Below, piece by piece: positions 16,447 through 19,164 of a stretch of 19,164 bases of DNA. The DNA comes from Candidatus Undinarchaeota archaeon (lineage in GTDB: Archaea; SpSt-1190; JASMDC01): positions 1 through 19,164 of the forward strand of contig CAZFHY010000031.1 of the NCBI GenBank assembly GCA_964519305.1, written 5' to 3'. The position numbers and the translations under genes were made by a program. Within the stretch, counting starts at the first letter, position 1; every line of letters starts with the position of its first letter. The notes under the pieces are model-generated. The model saw only the letters and a list, made by a program, of their open reading frames with translations, ran no database searches and was not told where the DNA came from.

Positions 16447-19164
16447 GCATCATAGTTGTAGTACTGGCGTGCGCCGTAATAGCTGCTGTATTCAGAGTAC
16501 GTTGGCGTTACGGCCGCGGCCTGTGCCTGCGCGAGCGCTGCCGCCTCTTCCTCTTGCTTCCGCTTTCGGTATACGATTAGCACGAATGTTAGCCCTATCA
16601 GGACGACAATGGCGACGATTGCACCTACCGACGATAGGAAGGACGACGTATCCTCGTCCCCGCCCCCGCCGGTCACGACCTCGTCATCCCCGTCATCGTC
16701 ACCCCCATCAGAGCTTGCCCGTGGTGTCGCGGTGGCAGTGGTTCCCGATGAGCTTCCGCCGCCACCACCGTCATCATTGCCCTTGTCAGTACGATGGTCT
16801 TTGGTGTAGTCGAGCACGGTGCTATCGGACCCGCTCCCCCCGGTATCGGTTTCTGCCCCTGTTCCGGACCCTGTGTCGGGTGGCGGTGTGGGCGACGGGC
16901 CATCATCGTCCCCGTCATCCTCCTCAGCAAATACGTCGATCACCTTGCGGTCGTACCCCTTCAGTTCCATGTACTTGAGCAGGTCGTACCCGGCCGCCTT
17001 CTGCGCCCCTTTATCCTGGTCCAGGAGATAGTCGGCCCTCTTGCGTCCCATGCATCCCCCCAGACAGGCAGTGAGGTTAGCGGGCACCGACAGGCATTGG
17101 TGGCAACGACCACAAACACCCCGGTCCTCCGCCTCTGTGTACAGCTTCGCGCACACGTCCCCCAGGAGCGCGTTCCCCACACACTTCGCGACACACGTGT
17201 CCTGCCCCAGTGTCGTCACACGACCTGCACAGGAGGAGCACTGCATACAAGCGCCCATACACCCGTCGAGTTCAGGATGATTTCCACAGAACCGGTTACA
17301 GATTGCAGCGAGCAGTCGTGAGCGGTCGACGCACCGTTCCACAAGACATCGCCAAATCTCCGCCGGGCTCTTCCCAGTATCGCACAGTCGACATTCACGA
17401 CAGGATCCGTCAGTGATGTTGTACTGTTGTGCCAGAGCGTTGCACAACCGCATCCGTTCCATGAACGAACGGAGCATATCCCGGATATGGCCGTAGCATT
17501 CCTGCCCCCGCATGGTAGCAATCGCCTTGAGAGCGTACTTTATGGCCCGAACGTACTGCTCTCGCTCGAACTCTTTCTTTGCCTTCTCGATGTACTCGCG
17601 CACCTCGGACGCCTTGGAGTGATCGCAGATGATGTCCTCGGTCCCCTCACGTCCGCTGTAGGACAGCTCGTAGAGCTCCTCGGCCTCCCTGATGCGTTCG
17701 ATGGCCTCCTTGCGCAGAGCGTCAGGATCGGTGTTCCGGGTCGGGGTTATGTACTCGCTGTGTTTGCTATCTTGATATAGCGCAGCGTTCTTGAGCAGCT
17801 CGATTGCGCGGTCGGCGTACCTGATGGCCTCGCGATACTCGGCCATGTCGTACTCCTCCTCAGCTTTCTCGATGAGCTCCCAGGCGACTATCTTGACCTC
17901 CTCGTTAGTGCTCTTGGCATGGAGCGCCTTTGCGGTCTCGATCCGCTGTCTTGCGAGCATCGCCAGTTCGTTCTGCTCCTCACCTTCCAGACCGGACACA
18001 AGGTTCTCCAGATACTCCTGTAGCTCGGGATCGCTATCCCGGGCCGCTTCCAAGGGGTCCACCATCTTGTAGCAGCCGTCCCGTGTGGCCGGATTGGGGA
18101 TGAGGTCACATATGGTCCTCACCCTGTCATAGGCTTCGTTGCACATGTCGATGACATCGATGAGCGGATTCCCTTCCAGTCCGACGTTCTTGGCCTTCTT
18201 CCCTTTGTTGCATATCTTAGCAACGGTGTTGAATGGAAGGTCCGTCTCTCGTTTGATGGCCTTCAGTTCCCGTTTCTTCGCTTTCTTGGCAGCATTGAGC
18301 AGGCAGCCGGAAAGGCTTTCATCTTCGATAATCGAAAGGCAGATGGGCACTGACTCATATGGTGCCTTGGACATCTTCAGCTGGGCGATACCGGAGAAGC
18401 ACGAGTCACGGATTTCTCGGACATCATCAGGGGAATGGGGAATACGCTCGCACGCCTCGATGGCTCGGGGGAATCCGCCAAGGTCGTCGCGGAATGCGAC
18501 GTTAGTAGCAACCTGTGTGTAGCAGTTGCCGCGCTCCATCCCCGAGGCGATCCATGTGCCGCACACGTCCTCGGCCCTCAACGGGGGACGGTTGGTGACC
18601 ACGACATTGAGCACGTCATGATAGCACCGGTCCCGTACATGGCTTCCGCGGTTCGTCGTAAGGATGGTGTTGATGCAATCGCCGTTGCCACAGTTGTCTG
18701 TAATGCATGTGCCTGAATAGTGCCAGCAGTTCTTCCCCCATTCGCCGCACTCCTTATCCTTGTGCACGCATCTGGAGCGGAAGCATCCTTCGTCGATGCA
18801 GGGGATGTAACGCGCAGCATGCTCGTTGTCGTACATGGACGAGTCCCATTCCTCGTCCTTGGCCTTCACCCGAGAGTTGATCTTGTGACAGATGGTCAGG
18901 GCCTTGGTGGTGTCAGCGTATCGCAGGGAGTAGGCAGTTGAGCGGTAACATTCGTTGCGGTCGGCCCATAGTGCTTCAAGACAATCAGTATGGCAGTCGT
19001 TACGGTGGCTTGCAGCGATGGCGTTCTTGTCGCACGGGTCCTCGGTAGGGCATGTCACGTGTTTGGGATCACCTTTCTCATCGCACTTCCACGGATCTGC
19101 CGCGCACGTCGTACCGAAGTCAATGATCCGCGAGTCGTAGGGGGAGCACCCGCCCACGACGACG
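16431..19164 (-). CDS. Large cysteine-rich single-pass membrane/surface protein, 5'-truncated by the window edge
   Basis: Frame stays open to the window end. Contains C..I....RDxCY repeats, a duplicated helical unit, three CxxCxxC...CxxxC repeats, a G/D/T/S-rich linker, TM helix VGAIVAIVVLIGLTFVLIVY followed by RKRK, and a Tyr-rich tail. Confidence 0.88.
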   Translation of the reverse strand, partial: VVVGGCSPYDSRIIDFGTTCAADPWKCDEKGDPKHVTCPTEDPCDKNAIAASHRNDCHTDCLEALWADRNECYRSTAYSLRYADTTKALTICHKINSRVKAKDEEWDSSMYDNEHAARYIPCIDEGCFRSRCVHKDKECGEWGKNCWHYSGTCITDNCGNGDCINTILTTNRGSHVRDRCYHDVLNVVVTNRPPLRAEDVCGTWIASGMERGNCYTQVATNVAFRDDLGGFPRAIEACERIPHSPDDVREIRDSCFSGIAQLKMSKAPYESVPICLSIIEDESLSGCLLNAAKKAKKRELKAIKRETDLPFNTVAKICNKGKKAKNVGLEGNPLIDVIDMCNEAYDRVRTICDLIPNPATRDGCYKMVDPLEAARDSDPELQEYLENLVSGLEGEEQNELAMLARQRIETAKALHAKSTNEEVKIVAWELIEKAEEEYDMAEYREAIRYADRAIELLKNAALYQDSKHSEYITPTRNTDPDALRKEAIERIREAEELYELSYSGREGTEDIICDHSKASEVREYIEKAKKEFEREQYVRAIKYALKAIATMRGQECYGHIRDMLRSFMERMRLCNALAQQYNITDGSCRECRLCDTGKSPAEIWRCLVERCVDRSRLLAAICNRFCGNHPELDGCMGACMQCSSCAGRVTTLGQDTCVAKCVGNALLGDVCAKLYTEAEDRGVCGRCHQCLSVPANLTACLGGCMGRKRADYLLDQDKGAQKAAGYDLLKYMELKGYDRKVIDVFAEEDDGDDDGPSPTPPPDTGSGTGAETDTGGSGSDSTVLDYTKDHRTDKGNDDGGGGGSSSGTTATATPRASSDGGDDDGDDEVVTGGGGDEDTSSFLSSVGAIVAIVVLIGLTFVLIVYRKRKQEEEAAALAQAQAAAVTPTYSEYSSYYGARQYYNYDAYIQR

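Noticed and set aside
16322-16978. 218 aa Arg/His/Pro-rich ORF
   Set aside because: Arises from the antisense of the low-complexity G/D/T linker and overlaps two better-supported genes.
17099-17113. Heme c binding CxxCH (CGRCH)
   Set aside because: Single occurrence inside a CxxCxxC repeat whose sibling units lack His; likely chance in a Cys-rich protein.

Overview
Archaeal chromosomal window. It opens with the 5'-truncated PolD large subunit gene (polC/DP2, +). Next is an AT-rich 1.7 kb segment holding an orphan IS1 InsA-like Zn-ribbon/HTH gene (+) and a convergent transglutaminase-like gene (-). This segment is bracketed by two arrays of the same TGACNTTATAATNTACTG-type repeat in inverted orientation. 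A HExxH metallopeptidase gene (-) follows. Then comes a six-gene, translationally coupled minus-strand operon: FG-GAP/PQQ-type beta-propeller surface protein, ABC ATPase, ABC-2 permease, glpA, glpB, glpC-like. The divergent spacer upstream of that operon contains a near-canonical archaeal origin recognition box (TCCAGTGGAAATGAGGGGGT), but no orc1/cdc6 lies in the window. The window ends with an N-formylglutamate amidohydrolase-like gene (+) and the 3' part of a large Cys-rich, single-pass membrane protein with a Tyr-rich tail (-). The most unusual items are the repeat-flanked InsA-like cassette and the lone ORB. All calls come from reading motifs by eye; no searches were run.
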